Shown piece by piece: positions 1-9,433 of a DNA stretch of 57,649 nt (positions are counted from its first letter, which is position 1; each line of letters opens with the position of its first letter). The position numbers were made by a program, and so were the translations under genes. The notes beneath the pieces were generated by a model that did no database searches, had not been told where the DNA came from, and saw nothing but the letters and a program-made list of their open reading frames with translations. This DNA is from Patescibacteria group bacterium UBA924 (GTDB lineage Bacteria > Patescibacteriota > Microgenomatia > UBA1400 > PJMF01). The stretch covers positions 1 through 57,649 of the forward strand of contig DBDU01000006.1 in assembly GCA_002293725.1 (NCBI GenBank). Reading direction: 5' to 3'.

Positions 1-19
1 AGATGTGTATAAGAGACAG
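1..19 (+). other. Tn5 mosaic end (Nextera adapter remnant), technical artefact
   Basis: Exact AGATGTGTATAAGAGACAG at the first base, in adapter-then-insert orientation. Confidence 0.97.
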
Positions 20-171
20 CATCTATACTGTGATCCTTCTTCAACCTTGAATCTGACTGGTAAAAAGAAATAATAGACCAAAATATTATGTGGTTTTACA
101 CGTTCCAAACCTGGATACTCCTTAAACGTCTTAATGACTGATAAACAAAAATCTGCCAGAATAACAGTAGT

Positions 172-1785
172 ATGATACCTGCTTTCAGGAAACAATCAGC
201 CAATTTTTTGCGTGCCCTGCAGAATACAAAATTCTTTGCAGTGTGTTTCTGCATGTTCACAGTGATCTTTTTCTCGCTCACGAGTCAAGTTTTAGCTGCA
301 ACCATCACACGCTTAGTTAATTTCAATAGTACCAACATCCTTACTGATGAGTTCTCGCCCAGCAAAATCAGTACACAGTTTACCAACGTAGCCAGTGGCG
401 GCATTGGAAATACTGGTGCTATTTTTGTTCCTTTCAGTTCCAATGAACTCTGGGCCACTAAGCAAGGCTATTCAGTCACGGGGGCAGGAGATGTGTACAC
501 CTTTAGCGCTTTTTTCAAAATTGCTGCAAACTCTGGCTACGGCGGGCTCGGCTTCATCGCTGGTAGTCCATTCGGCTCGCTGGATGGAACTGGACATCCA
601 CCCAAAGGCATCGGCATGTCATTTCATGGTGGTGGTGGTTCTTTCGTAAATAATCAATCCCATACTACTGTTTCTTGGCCGCCGGATTTGGTTTTGGGAA
701 ATTGGTACAAAATGATTTTTAAAATCACTGCCAAAGGTAGTAATACCTACGATTTGAACTTCCAAATTTGGAACTCAGATGCAGATGGCAACCTTGGTAC
801 TCTCAAAACAGAAAAAAACCTCAACAATGTCGTCAATAATGATCTTGGCCAGGCTTCTATCATTCATATTTTTTTCTCTGCTGCTGGCAGCCGGATGTCT
901 TACATTGATGACTTTTCTTTGGAGCTTTCAGGCGGTGCTGTCATTGTGGAAGAAGGAGAGCCCGTGGTCCAGACAACCGACACTGTCATCAATGTCACCA
1001 ACCAATCCGCTACTTCTGGTGGCACGGTGGTCGATGACCAAGACTCTGCTGTTACTGCCCGCGGCGTATGTTGGAGTACTGTCACCCAACCCACACTTAG
1101 TGATACTTGTAGCACGGATGGATCAGGTACAGGAAGTTTTGTAAGCGTTCTCACTGGTCTGACTGCCGAAACAGAGTATTTTGTTCGCGCGTACGCCACC
1201 AACAGCGTGGGAACGAGCTATGGTGCCGAAAGAGTGTTTACGACGGCCGATGCTTCCGAGCCAGCCCCAACTCCTACTCCAACACCTACCCCGACCCCCA
1301 CACTCACTGCTACACCGACACCTACTCCCCATCCAACCCCAACATCGGTCTCAACATCCACTTCCCAATTGACCGACACATCACACTCCAGCACTGGTGA
1401 CAGTAGTTGCTTAGACTGGAGCCCCATCGGACAAGCAGACTTGTTTCAAATCGACCGACACGATACTGCCGCCACTCTGCACTTCACACCTGTTAACGAT
1501 TACATTGAACAGTACCACGTGGTATATGGCTACAAGGCAGAAGAACAGCGTTTTGGCTTGCTTTCAGCCAAAGTCGATACCAATGTCAACAACGGAGTGC
1601 AATCCGTTATTATTGATGATCTGGACCCCAGACTTTCCTACTGGTTTGTTGTCATTCCCGTTAATGGCTGCGCTACAGGTGAATGGTCAAATTGGCTTGA
1701 AGCCAAAAAACTGCACGACGGCTCGAACTTTACTTTGTTCTACCGATGGCTGCAGGGAGTAGGACAGAAGATAGGCCCTCAATAA
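172..1785 (+). CDS. Secreted/surface protein: beta-rich lectin-like N-domain, FN3 domain, Pro/Thr linker, C-terminal FN3-like domain
   Basis: Signal-like segment ending VLAA; ARGVCWS...LTGLTAETEYFVRAYATNSVGTSYG FN3 signature; PT repeats; YWFVVIPVNGCATGEWSNW. True start may be 253. Confidence 0.7.
   Translation: MIPAFRKQSANFLRALQNTKFFAVCFCMFTVIFFSLTSQVLAATITRLVNFNSTNILTDEFSPSKISTQFTNVASGGIGNTGAIFVPFSSNELWATKQGYSVTGAGDVYTFSAFFKIAANSGYGGLGFIAGSPFGSLDGTGHPPKGIGMSFHGGGGSFVNNQSHTTVSWPPDLVLGNWYKMIFKITAKGSNTYDLNFQIWNSDADGNLGTLKTEKNLNNVVNNDLGQASIIHIFFSAAGSRMSYIDDFSLELSGGAVIVEEGEPVVQTTDTVINVTNQSATSGGTVVDDQDSAVTARGVCWSTVTQPTLSDTCSTDGSGTGSFVSVLTGLTAETEYFVRAYATNSVGTSYGAERVFTTADASEPAPTPTPTPTPTPTLTATPTPTPHPTPTSVSTSTSQLTDTSHSSTGDSSCLDWSPIGQADLFQIDRHDTAATLHFTPVNDYIEQYHVVYGYKAEEQRFGLLSAKVDTNVNNGVQSVIIDDLDPRLSYWFVVIPVNGCATGEWSNWLEAKKLHDGSNFTLFYRWLQGVGQKIGPQ
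1261..1345 (+). repeat. Low-complexity Pro-Thr linker coding repeat
   Basis: Encodes PAPTPTPTPTPTPTLTATPTPTPHPTPT with degenerate codons. Confidence 0.8.
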
Positions 1786-1873
1786 GCTAAACAACTCATA
1801 TTCATGAGTTACACACGGGCTCCAGACCCGGGTGCTCCGCACCAACCTCCAAAGCACAGATCTCAGCTTTAGC
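1786..1873. terminator. Hairpin cluster between convergent genes (terminator or structured element)
   Basis: AACTCAT/ATGAGTT (1793-1810), CGGG/CCCG (1816-1830), GTGCT/AGCAC (1832-1857); no clear U tract. Confidence 0.35.
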
Positions 1874-1875
1874 CA

Positions 1876-2277
1876 TTACACTCTCCCCAACGATAGCGCT
1901 CTAAAAATGACTGTAATATTAAATCCACCTTCAAGTAAGTTAATCGCTTTTTGTAGTTCGTATTGACTCAGCGTTTCATTCCACGGCTCTCGTGAGGGAA
2001 TCTCACCGGTATAGTACTTCTGTAAAGTTGGTAGAGCTTTAGCATCCCCATACTGGCCGAGAGCCCAAATAGCGTCGTTTCGTTCACCATACGATTGATT
2101 CTCATTCTCAAGTTGATTGATCAGTGCTGTAACACAATCATCGGTGTCATAAAGCTTCTTACTTCTTTCGCACGTATCAGCAGTAGTAAAACCAACCCAA
2201 GCGCTGGTAATTGCTAGAATTAGAATGAAAGTGACGGCAGCTGTTCCTAAAATATAAATTAGAGTATTACGATTCAT
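1876..2277 (-). CDS. Membrane-anchored HEAT-repeat protein
   Basis: N-terminal TM helix; [24 protein letters not shown]-like repeat; start moved to MNRNTL. Confidence 0.7.
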   Translation of the reverse strand: MNRNTLIYILGTAAVTFILILAITSAWVGFTTADTCERSKKLYDTDDCVTALINQLENENQSYGERNDAIWALGQYGDAKALPTLQKYYTGEIPSREPWNETLSQYELQKAINLLEGGFNITVIFRALSLGRV

Positions 2278-2461
2278 ATGCAAATACTTCCTCAATATTT
2301 TTGTTAAACACTCTCGAAATTTTAAAAGCGAGTTCTAAAGACGGTGTGTACTTATTTTTTTCAATGGCTAGGATAGTTTGGCGTGTGACCGACACCAGCT
2401 CTGCTAACTCTTCCTGGGTCATATTCTTTTCAGCTCGAAGGACTTTTATTTTATTGTTCAT
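2267..2461 (-). CDS. XRE/Cro-family helix-turn-helix regulator
   Basis: [48 protein letters not shown]. Confidence 0.92.
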   Translation of the reverse strand: MNNKIKVLRAEKNMTQEELAELVSVTRQTILAIEKNKYTPSLELAFKISRVFNKNIEEVFAYES

Positions 2462-2838
2462 GATTCTTGACTCAGATAGTACCGCCATAAGATGGCAAAT
2501 AAGCCGATCATAGCGAGGGTAATATAGCTAAGAATGATGCCAATACTTTGCAAGTATGGTTGATTCTGGGGTAAAAAAATAAGCAGTAATGAGGTTAGAG
2601 CTAAACCACTTACAGTTATGGAGTAAGTCATCTTGGCAGCTTGGCCAGCTATGTGTTCGGTACGTTCATCCGTGGTTTTAACGGCCAGTTTCTTTTTAAC
2701 TAGCCACATACATATAACGCCAGTCATCATTCCACCCAAAGCTAGCCAAATATTCTCTAAGGAAACAGCTATACAAAATACAATGGCGATGTAGGCGGCA
2801 ATAAATAGTCTGATTTTAGTGAGTTTTTTCTCTTTCAT
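2458..2838 (-). CDS. DUF2178-like four-TM membrane protein
   Basis: [12 protein letters not shown] motif between TM pairs; overlaps the XRE gene start, a common pairing. Confidence 0.75.
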   Translation of the reverse strand: MKEKKLTKIRLFIAAYIAIVFCIAVSLENIWLALGGMMTGVICMWLVKKKLAVKTTDERTEHIAGQAAKMTYSITVSGLALTSLLLIFLPQNQPYLQSIGIILSYITLAMIGLFAILWRYYLSQES

Positions 2839-2852
2839 GCGACAAAATATAT

Positions 2853-2886
2853 AGTATTTTTTACTTTTTGTAAAGTATTTTATACT
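2853..2886. promoter_or_regulatory. Tandem palindromic operator, two AGTA-N5-TACT boxes
   Basis: Boxes at 2853-2865 and 2874-2886, 21 bp apart, just upstream of the DUF2178-XRE operon. Confidence 0.55.
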
Positions 2887-2991
2887 AAATTAAGTATAAT
2901 TAGAGCGAAGGTTAGAAAAACTCAACGTATTTAACTCGAGTTATTCTGCATAATGTTACAATCCGCCATAATTAGTCCTAGGTAAGAAGTT

Positions 2992-3948
2992 ATGGTGACT
3001 TCATCACTAGAAAGTATCGGCGCTCGCTGTGCTGGCCTCCACCAGTTCGAGAAACAAGTCTGGCCAGAAAAAAAGAGAAGTAACAGTATCTATGCTTCTC
3101 TCTCTGAGCTCGAGCTTCTCTGGAGAACATCAGCAGATAAACCTTTTTTCGAAGACGTACTGACGCGCTGGAACGCTCATGTAGAAAAAATTGCTGCCGT
3201 ACGAGACTTACTCGTTCCTCCAGAACTACGAACTATAAATCCAATTGCTGATATTAATGCTTCCCGATCAGCTAAAAATGAACTGCTGACGATGCTCAAA
3301 GTTCCGCTAGAGGCAGCTGACAAAATTTCGCTTGTTGAGGACTATCCCTTTTGTTTTGTCTTTCGCTACAACGGCATGCCAGAGGCTTTCGCCAAGCTCT
3401 TTGGAACGGAGTACAAACTCCATTGGGACTTAGGTGGATTCTACTTTCATGTATCTGTCGTCGAAGTAGATGAGTGGCTGAGGAACAGCGTAATCTGGAC
3501 ATTTCAACGGCAATGGCCAATGTCTCCGAAAAACAGGCCAGGCCAAGCCTATATTGATCAGTATGAAGCAGGTGTGAAGCGGCATGAAGTACGTCATTTT
3601 CTTGACTTCTTTTATAACAACTGGCCAGAAATTGCTGATCCAGCAAGATATCTCGAATGGCGCATTTTGTTAGAGCTTGGTGCGACGCTAGCTGAACTAG
3701 ACATGGCTGCCTCCCCGTATGCACTGGCAGAGCTCATCTTAAGCCGTGTTCCTGAAAAGTTAATGGTGCCTCTGAAGGCAGATCAACAAGCATATGACGC
3801 AACCCAGGCACAAGTCAGACAAATACTGACTCCAATATTGAACAAAAACGTAGACTTGCTGAACTACTGGTCAATTGCTCCGGCTCAGTCAATGTCACTC
3901 CCCATCATGGAACAACTCGTAAGTAGTAATCCAAGTACAGAACTGTAG
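2992..3948 (+). CDS. Hypothetical protein with HExxH motif
   Basis: 318-aa ORF; KRHEVRHF followed by a downstream Glu (LLELGA). Confidence 0.55.
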   Translation: MVTSSLESIGARCAGLHQFEKQVWPEKKRSNSIYASLSELELLWRTSADKPFFEDVLTRWNAHVEKIAAVRDLLVPPELRTINPIADINASRSAKNELLTMLKVPLEAADKISLVEDYPFCFVFRYNGMPEAFAKLFGTEYKLHWDLGGFYFHVSVVEVDEWLRNSVIWTFQRQWPMSPKNRPGQAYIDQYEAGVKRHEVRHFLDFFYNNWPEIADPARYLEWRILLELGATLAELDMAASPYALAELILSRVPEKLMVPLKADQQAYDATQAQVRQILTPILNKNVDLLNYWSIAPAQSMSLPIMEQLVSSNPSTEL

Positions 3949-3960
3949 GATCTACGATAC

Positions 3961-4611
3961 CTATATACGAGTAACTTTGGCCACAGTTTTCTTTTTTCTT
4001 CTCAAAGCAACCTCTAAGAGAACTCTTAACAGAATGACTGCGAGTGCAAAACACGTAAGCAGTAATCGCGGATGAGGTAAAGTAACAGGATCACTCAACC
4101 ACTCTCTCCAGGTATCCCCCAAGATCAAGTAGGCTCTAATAACTAAGAGACCGTAGGCGATATATCCTAAACGAAGTGCTCTGCGCCAGTTTCTCCCTAG
4201 TACCCGCATCGCCCAGTTTGCTGAGATGATAGCCATGAAAGTCCAAATTGCCATCGCAGTCAATCCTAAGAGTGCTTCAGGATTGAGGTAAGCCTGAGGA
4301 ATTTCTTGAATGTATCGGGGAAACCTCCAGAGCAAAGTTAAAGAGTGCGCTAATGCAAAGTAGTATCCAAGGAGACCAAGTTGTTTGCGATATCTCAACT
4401 TGCTATCCCAAATGTTAAAGAAGTAGGTTAAGCCGCTAAGTGCAAACGATAAACCGATTAAAATTCCGCCCGTGAAAGCAAAGCTTTCGCTAAATGTCGC
4501 CAAGGTGATCCTCTTTTGGTAAGCAACAACGTATGCGAACAAAAGCCCATACATTGCTAACGTAAAGAGGATGCTACGAATCCACAACCAAGTGTTATCG
4601 GTAATTTTCAT
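3961..4611 (-). CDS. MsrQ/ferric-reductase-like transmembrane protein (degenerate heme ligands)
   Basis: YRKQLGLLGYYFALAH and LGRNWRRALRLGY match the MsrQ (YedZ) pattern. Confidence 0.75.
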   Translation of the reverse strand: MKITDNTWLWIRSILFTLAMYGLLFAYVVAYQKRITLATFSESFAFTGGILIGLSFALSGLTYFFNIWDSKLRYRKQLGLLGYYFALAHSLTLLWRFPRYIQEIPQAYLNPEALLGLTAMAIWTFMAIISANWAMRVLGRNWRRALRLGYIAYGLLVIRAYLILGDTWREWLSDPVTLPHPRLLLTCFALAVILLRVLLEVALRRKKKTVAKVTRI

Positions 4612-4653
4612 AGATATTAAGAGTACATTATGTATGAAGCTCCGAGCTGTAAT

Positions 4654-5664
4654 CTATCTTACATTTCTCTTCTTCCCTTTGAAAAAAACCATTAAGTAAA
4701 GAAAGATTCCTGCTGCGGCAATTAACTCAATGAACTCTTCCCAAGTTTTATACTCAAACGAACCACTCCATAACTTCACACTTCCATAGATCAGCATCGG
4801 CAAAAAGTATGCTGAAATAAACGCCGGTGGGGCAAAAACTTTCCATCGTTTAGAAATTAATCGGACTAGGATAAAAGGGCCAATAACCCCAAGTAGTCCG
4901 ACCAAGATATAGCCTGCTGTCATTGCATTTTGAAACGGCTCTAAGTTGTGTAGCGTAATTTCTTTTTGGACGTTTTCTTCTAAAAAGTATTCTGGTGATT
5001 GAAGAGAAAACACTCGCTGACCCCAGGAAATTTCTTCACCTGCCACGAAAAAACAACACACAGCTAAGAAGAGAAATGCTCCACTTATCACTTTGCTTTG
5101 AGTCAGAAAACGAAGTCCTACACCAAGAGATAATGCTGCAGAACCAAAGAATAAAAGACTCGTTACCCACTCAATCAAACCATCTTCTAAACCTAGCAGA
5201 ACAAAAAATGACTCAAAGCCAAAGTAAAGAGACAGCAGAATGAAAGAAAAGTAACACGGAAATATCCACGCCATTTTTCGTGGCTGATGACGTATGTATG
5301 TAAACAGAACTAATAAACAGGCTAATAAAAAGTACACTGTTACAAATCTAAAGTACTCAGGATGTAAAAAAATGGAGCTAAAAACAAAGTTGGGATAGAC
5401 ATATCTTTCACTTAGATACATGAAAACTGTTACCACGCTGCAACTAATAGCTGACCACAGTAAGTAACGGGACATCAAAGTCTGCTTGGTAACGTTGATC
5501 ACAGTCAACAAAAAGAAATGGAGTAATAAAGATAGACAGAGTAAATATAAGTAAGGAACCAAGATCTTCCGTTGTAAAAAATCTGGAGGTGTAAAGGTTT
5601 CTAAGAACAGTAAACTCGGCGTAACAATGAGGTTGATTTGGTAAAGCTTTTCTAAAAACCTCAT
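4654..5664 (-). CDS. Polytopic membrane protein, EEISWG-motif family (paralog of 10848..11954)
   Basis: EDGLIEW, AGEEISWGQR, NVQKEITLHN motifs; many TM helices. Confidence 0.7.
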   Translation of the reverse strand: MRFLEKLYQINLIVTPSLLFLETFTPPDFLQRKILVPYLYLLCLSLLLHFFLLTVINVTKQTLMSRYLLWSAISCSVVTVFMYLSERYVYPNFVFSSIFLHPEYFRFVTVYFLLACLLVLFTYIRHQPRKMAWIFPCYFSFILLSLYFGFESFFVLLGLEDGLIEWVTSLLFFGSAALSLGVGLRFLTQSKVISGAFLFLAVCCFFVAGEEISWGQRVFSLQSPEYFLEENVQKEITLHNLEPFQNAMTAGYILVGLLGVIGPFILVRLISKRWKVFAPPAFISAYFLPMLIYGSVKLWSGSFEYKTWEEFIELIAAAGIFLYLMVFFKGKKRNVR

Positions 5665-5669
5665 TACTT

Positions 5670-6572
5670 CTATACCTCTTTCTTTACCTCATGTCCCCCA
5701 AACTCGTTGCGCAGTACTGACACGACTTGTCCTGTGTAACTAGGATGTTGCTGGGAGTCAATTCTAAATTGAAGTGAGCCTTCGATAATTGGAACTGGTA
5801 CCTTTAGCTCTTTGGCTGTCTCAACTGTCCACTGTCCCTCACCACTGTGTTTGACCGAGCCAGAAATCGCTTCCAGTTCAATACCTTGTTTTTGGTAGCC
5901 ACTAGTTAACCACCCAATCAACCGTGACTCAATCACGCTTCCTTGGTTGTACAGCTGAGCTACTTTGAGCAGATCCAGATTGTAAGTTGAAGCTTTCATA
6001 ACTTCAAAGCCCTCGCCGATGGCCTGCATCATGCCGTACTCAATGCCGTTATGAACCATCTTCACAAAGTGTCCGGCGCCAGCGCCGGGAAAAAATTGAT
6101 ATGCATCTGGTGCTGCAACATCTTTAAACAACTTTTCAATTTCAGGTGTTGGGGCTTCATCTCCACCAGCCATGACACAAGCACCATTTCGTGCTCCCCC
6201 CGGACCACCAGACACTCCGGCATCATAAAAATGGATACCAGTGGGTTTTAACAACTGGTTGTGTTGCTGCGTATTTTTATAAAAGTTGTTACTGCCATCA
6301 ATAATAGTATCGCCAGCTTTTAGAAGCGGAATAAGTTGAGTAATCATGTCGTGAGTAACTTCACCAGCAGGCAGCATCAACCAAATACAACGTGGCGTAG
6401 GCAAAGTACTCACTAACTCCTCTACTGACGAAGTAGTAGCACCCCCAGCTGTGACGATCTCCTGGCGAGGAGCTTCCGAACGATTCCACGCTACAACTTG
6501 ATGTCCTTTCTCGATCAAGCGTAAAACCATGTTTTTACCCATCTTGCCTAGACCAATATAGCCTAATTGCAT
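5670..6572 (-). CDS. gnd: 6-phosphogluconate dehydrogenase, decarboxylating (short type)
   Basis: GYIGLGKMG, VSGG, GAGHFVKMVHNGIEYG, SGEGQWT, LRNEFGGH. Confidence 0.95.
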   Translation of the reverse strand: MQLGYIGLGKMGKNMVLRLIEKGHQVVAWNRSEAPRQEIVTAGGATTSSVEELVSTLPTPRCIWLMLPAGEVTHDMITQLIPLLKAGDTIIDGSNNFYKNTQQHNQLLKPTGIHFYDAGVSGGPGGARNGACVMAGGDEAPTPEIEKLFKDVAAPDAYQFFPGAGAGHFVKMVHNGIEYGMMQAIGEGFEVMKASTYNLDLLKVAQLYNQGSVIESRLIGWLTSGYQKQGIELEAISGSVKHSGEGQWTVETAKELKVPVPIIEGSLQFRIDSQQHPSYTGQVVSVLRNEFGGHEVKKEV

Positions 6573-6600
6573 AATCGACTCCCCTTGCTATGCTGTGTAT

Positions 6601-7341
6601 ATGCAGCCAGTACAGTTCCAACTACTTTCATCTCAAGTTGCTCAGCACCAAGCAGCAATGTATTTGGCTGACTATCTTCGATCCACTGTATCACAACAAC
6701 AGACTTTGCTTTTACTTTCTGGTGGATCAGCAGTCAATATGTACGCTGAACTATTTACGATCTTAACAGAGCGTCACCATCAATTAGAAGGAGTTACAGT
6801 TTCTTTGGTTGACGAACGCTTCGTTCACACTGGTCATGCTGATAGTAACGCTACTCAGCTCGAACACTCAGGCGTTCTAAAAATGATCCAGACTCTAGGA
6901 GGCACATGGATTCCATATCTTCAAGATGATCAGGAATCAGGAGCTGAAGTGGCTGACAGAGTATCAGCACTCTTTAGTCAGTGGCAGTCCACTCACCAAA
7001 TTCTCTTTTTGGCTGGCTTAGGAGATGATGCACATACTGCAGGATTGCTCCCTACAAGTGACAATCTGATTATCAAAAATGTCTACCTTACTGAGCAACC
7101 CATCGCGTACTACCAACTTCCTGCAGATGTAGAAAACCCTTATCGCCACCGATTGACAATCACTCCACATTTTTTAGCTCATGCTCATACCGTCATCGTT
7201 TATGCTACTGGAGCTAAAAAGGCTGCTGCTTTGCGACGACTTGTTGCAGGGAATGAGCCAATTTCTAGTTGTCCAGCCCTAGCTCTCAGGGCTTCACAAC
7301 AGCCTGTCATAGTGCTTACTGACCAATCCATAGCCTCGTAG
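6601..7341 (+). CDS. pgl: 6-phosphogluconolactonase family protein
   Basis: LLSGGS, VDERFV, SNA, GLGDDAHTAGL, RLTIT, GAKK; divergent from gnd. Confidence 0.82.
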   Translation: MQPVQFQLLSSQVAQHQAAMYLADYLRSTVSQQQTLLLLSGGSAVNMYAELFTILTERHHQLEGVTVSLVDERFVHTGHADSNATQLEHSGVLKMIQTLGGTWIPYLQDDQESGAEVADRVSALFSQWQSTHQILFLAGLGDDAHTAGLLPTSDNLIIKNVYLTEQPIAYYQLPADVENPYRHRLTITPHFLAHAHTVIVYATGAKKAAALRRLVAGNEPISSCPALALRASQQPVIVLTDQSIAS

Positions 7342-7364
7342 CAGAGATATAGTAAAATATCGCT

Positions 7365-8285
7365 ATGTTTATCTTCATCCTGTTGGTTATCATCGCTATC
7401 GTCATCATTAGCCAAGGTCTGTTTACCGTTGCCCAACAGTCCGTGGCGATCATCGAAACTTTCGGCAAGTTTTCTACCGTTGCCCATCCCGGTTTGAACT
7501 TTAAAATTCCGTTTATTCAGCGGATTGCTGGTCGTCTTTCCCTACGGGTTCAACAGCTTGATGTCAAAGCGGAAACGAAAACGCAAGATAACGTTTTTGT
7601 TCACGTCCTAGTCTCTGTACAGTACATGGTCCGCGAAAAAAATATCTATGAGTCTTTCTACCGCCTGCAAGATCCTGTTACACAGATTAATGCATACGTC
7701 TTCGATGTTGTCCGGGCGCGCGTTCCTTCGATCAAGCTCGATGATCTGTTTATGAAAAAAGATGATATCGCGATCGCGGTTAAAGAAGAGCTGAGTGAAA
7801 CGATGGGCAGCTTTGGCTTTGATATCGTCAATGTGTTAGTAACAGATATTGAGCCAGATCAAAAGGTTAAAGAAGCAATGAACGAGATCAACGCGGCCGA
7901 ACGAATGCGAGTAGTGGCTGCCGAAAAAGGTGAAGCCGAACGTATCTTGAAAGTAAAGTCAGCTCAAGCAGATGCTGAGTCGAAAGCCTTGCAGGGTAAA
8001 GGTATTGCTGATCAACGCAAAGCTATCATTGAGGGTTTGAGTGAGTCGGTGGATGAGTTTCAAACTCGGATTACGAGTTCAAGTGCTCAGGAAGTGATGA
8101 ACTTGGTCCTTCTTACCCAATATCTAGATACTCTGAAAGAAATTGGTCAAACATCACAGACTAATACCATTCTGTTGCCACATGGCCCTGGAGCCGTTAG
8201 TGAGCTATCGCAACAGATTCAACAAGCCATCATGGTCGGAAATGCTGTTGATCCTAAAAAGTCTCGGGCTAAAGCTAGTGCTTAA
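7365..8285 (+). CDS. SPFH/band-7 domain membrane protein
   Basis: N-terminal TM; ETFGKF, PGLNFKIPFI, TKTQDNVFV, AMNEINAAER. Confidence 0.93.
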   Translation: MFIFILLVIIAIVIISQGLFTVAQQSVAIIETFGKFSTVAHPGLNFKIPFIQRIAGRLSLRVQQLDVKAETKTQDNVFVHVLVSVQYMVREKNIYESFYRLQDPVTQINAYVFDVVRARVPSIKLDDLFMKKDDIAIAVKEELSETMGSFGFDIVNVLVTDIEPDQKVKEAMNEINAAERMRVVAAEKGEAERILKVKSAQADAESKALQGKGIADQRKAIIEGLSESVDEFQTRITSSSAQEVMNLVLLTQYLDTLKEIGQTSQTNTILLPHGPGAVSELSQQIQQAIMVGNAVDPKKSRAKASA

Positions 8286-9247
8286 CTTCCGGGAACTAAG
8301 ATTGCTTTAAGAATTGCCATTCTCAGGTACAGTCCATACTTCATTTGATCAAAGTAAGCCGCGCGGGGATTCTTATCCACCCCGTAGCGCAACTCCTCTT
8401 GTCGTGGTAACGGATGCATAATGATGGCGTCTTGAGGCATCATCTCAGCCATATCGTTGGTTAAGACCAGTTTTGCTTTGAGCTCTTCATACTCGTCTAA
8501 CCTACCTTCTTGTTCAAACCACTCCTTTTGAGTACGGGTCATGTAAAGTACGTCAGCATCTAAAGCATCATGAATATTGTCCATCTCCGTAAAGCGAGTT
8601 CCATTGGGAAGAGTCGCTAAGAAGTCTTCAGGAAACCGTAGCTGCGGGGCAGAAGCAAAGTAGAACTGATTATTATGCCCAATGCGTGATAACAGCAGAG
8701 CTAATGACTTTACCGTACGACCATAGAGCAAGTCACCCACCAGCGCGACTTTGAGATTATCAAAGGTCTGTTTCTTCGCATGAATAGTTAAAAGGTCCAA
8801 GAGTGCTTGAGTAGGATGTTCTCGTTTACCACTACCCGCATTAATAATTGGCACTTCAGCATAGTTGGCGGCTTCCTGGCTAGAAGCATCGTCCGGATGA
8901 CGCAGTACGATTGCTGAGGCACCTGTGACATTTTGAATTGCACGTATCGAGTCTGGAAGGCTTTCACCCTTAGCCGCTGAGCTAAAAGTCATATCATGCA
9001 TCGCTTCGGAGTACGCTCCTAACCTTTTGGCAGCATATAGAAAAGACAAGGCTGTCCGGGTGCTAGGTTGATAAAAAATAATAGGAATTGCGTGTCCCGC
9101 TAAAACGTCACCAACGTCTCTAGCTGCAACTCTTTCTTCCATCTCGTATGCTGACTCAAAGAGCTCATCTACTGTCTCTCGATCTTGAATTTGATTTACA
9201 GAAACAAAGTCCTGTTGATAAAAAGTCTCTTCCAAGCGACTAGACAT
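8282..9247 (-). CDS. pyrB: Aspartate carbamoyltransferase catalytic subunit
   Basis: FYQPSTRT, KGESLPD, HPTQALLD, GDLLYGRTVKS, YMTRTQKE, MHPLPR; start at MSSRL after GGAAAGGA. Confidence 0.95.
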   Translation of the reverse strand: MSSRLEETFYQQDFVSVNQIQDRETVDELFESAYEMEERVAARDVGDVLAGHAIPIIFYQPSTRTALSFLYAAKRLGAYSEAMHDMTFSSAAKGESLPDSIRAIQNVTGASAIVLRHPDDASSQEAANYAEVPIINAGSGKREHPTQALLDLLTIHAKKQTFDNLKVALVGDLLYGRTVKSLALLLSRIGHNNQFYFASAPQLRFPEDFLATLPNGTRFTEMDNIHDALDADVLYMTRTQKEWFEQEGRLDEYEELKAKLVLTNDMAEMMPQDAIIMHPLPRQEELRYGVDKNPRAAYFDQMKYGLYLRMAILKAILVPGS

Positions 9248-9433
9248 AGCGATGTCCTTTCCTAAGGTAATAAGTACAAAGAAGAGGATCAAGAACAATT
9301 AGGGGGAAGAAAAAGTTTAGTGTACGTTGGAAAAAAACAACATTTTTCACTAAAAAAACAGAATAGCGTTTAATTTCGTGCTCCGCAAGTGAGGTTTCAG
9401 GCAAGCATCGAGCACTGGTTTATCTATTTGATC

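Noticed and set aside
1218-1427. VGVG-repeat minus-strand ORF
   Set aside because: Antisense reading of the Pro-Thr linker
5670-7341. gnd and pgl without zwf as an incomplete pathway
   Set aside because: zwf may lie outside this window; absence cannot be judged
1832-9387. GTGCTCCGCA shared by two intergenic hairpins (REP-like?)
   Set aside because: Only two 10-bp copies; such matches are expected by chance in 57 kb
9366-9400. PyrR-binding-loop-like sequence (TTTAA...GTGAGGTT)
   Set aside because: On the strand opposite to pyrB, and the match is partial
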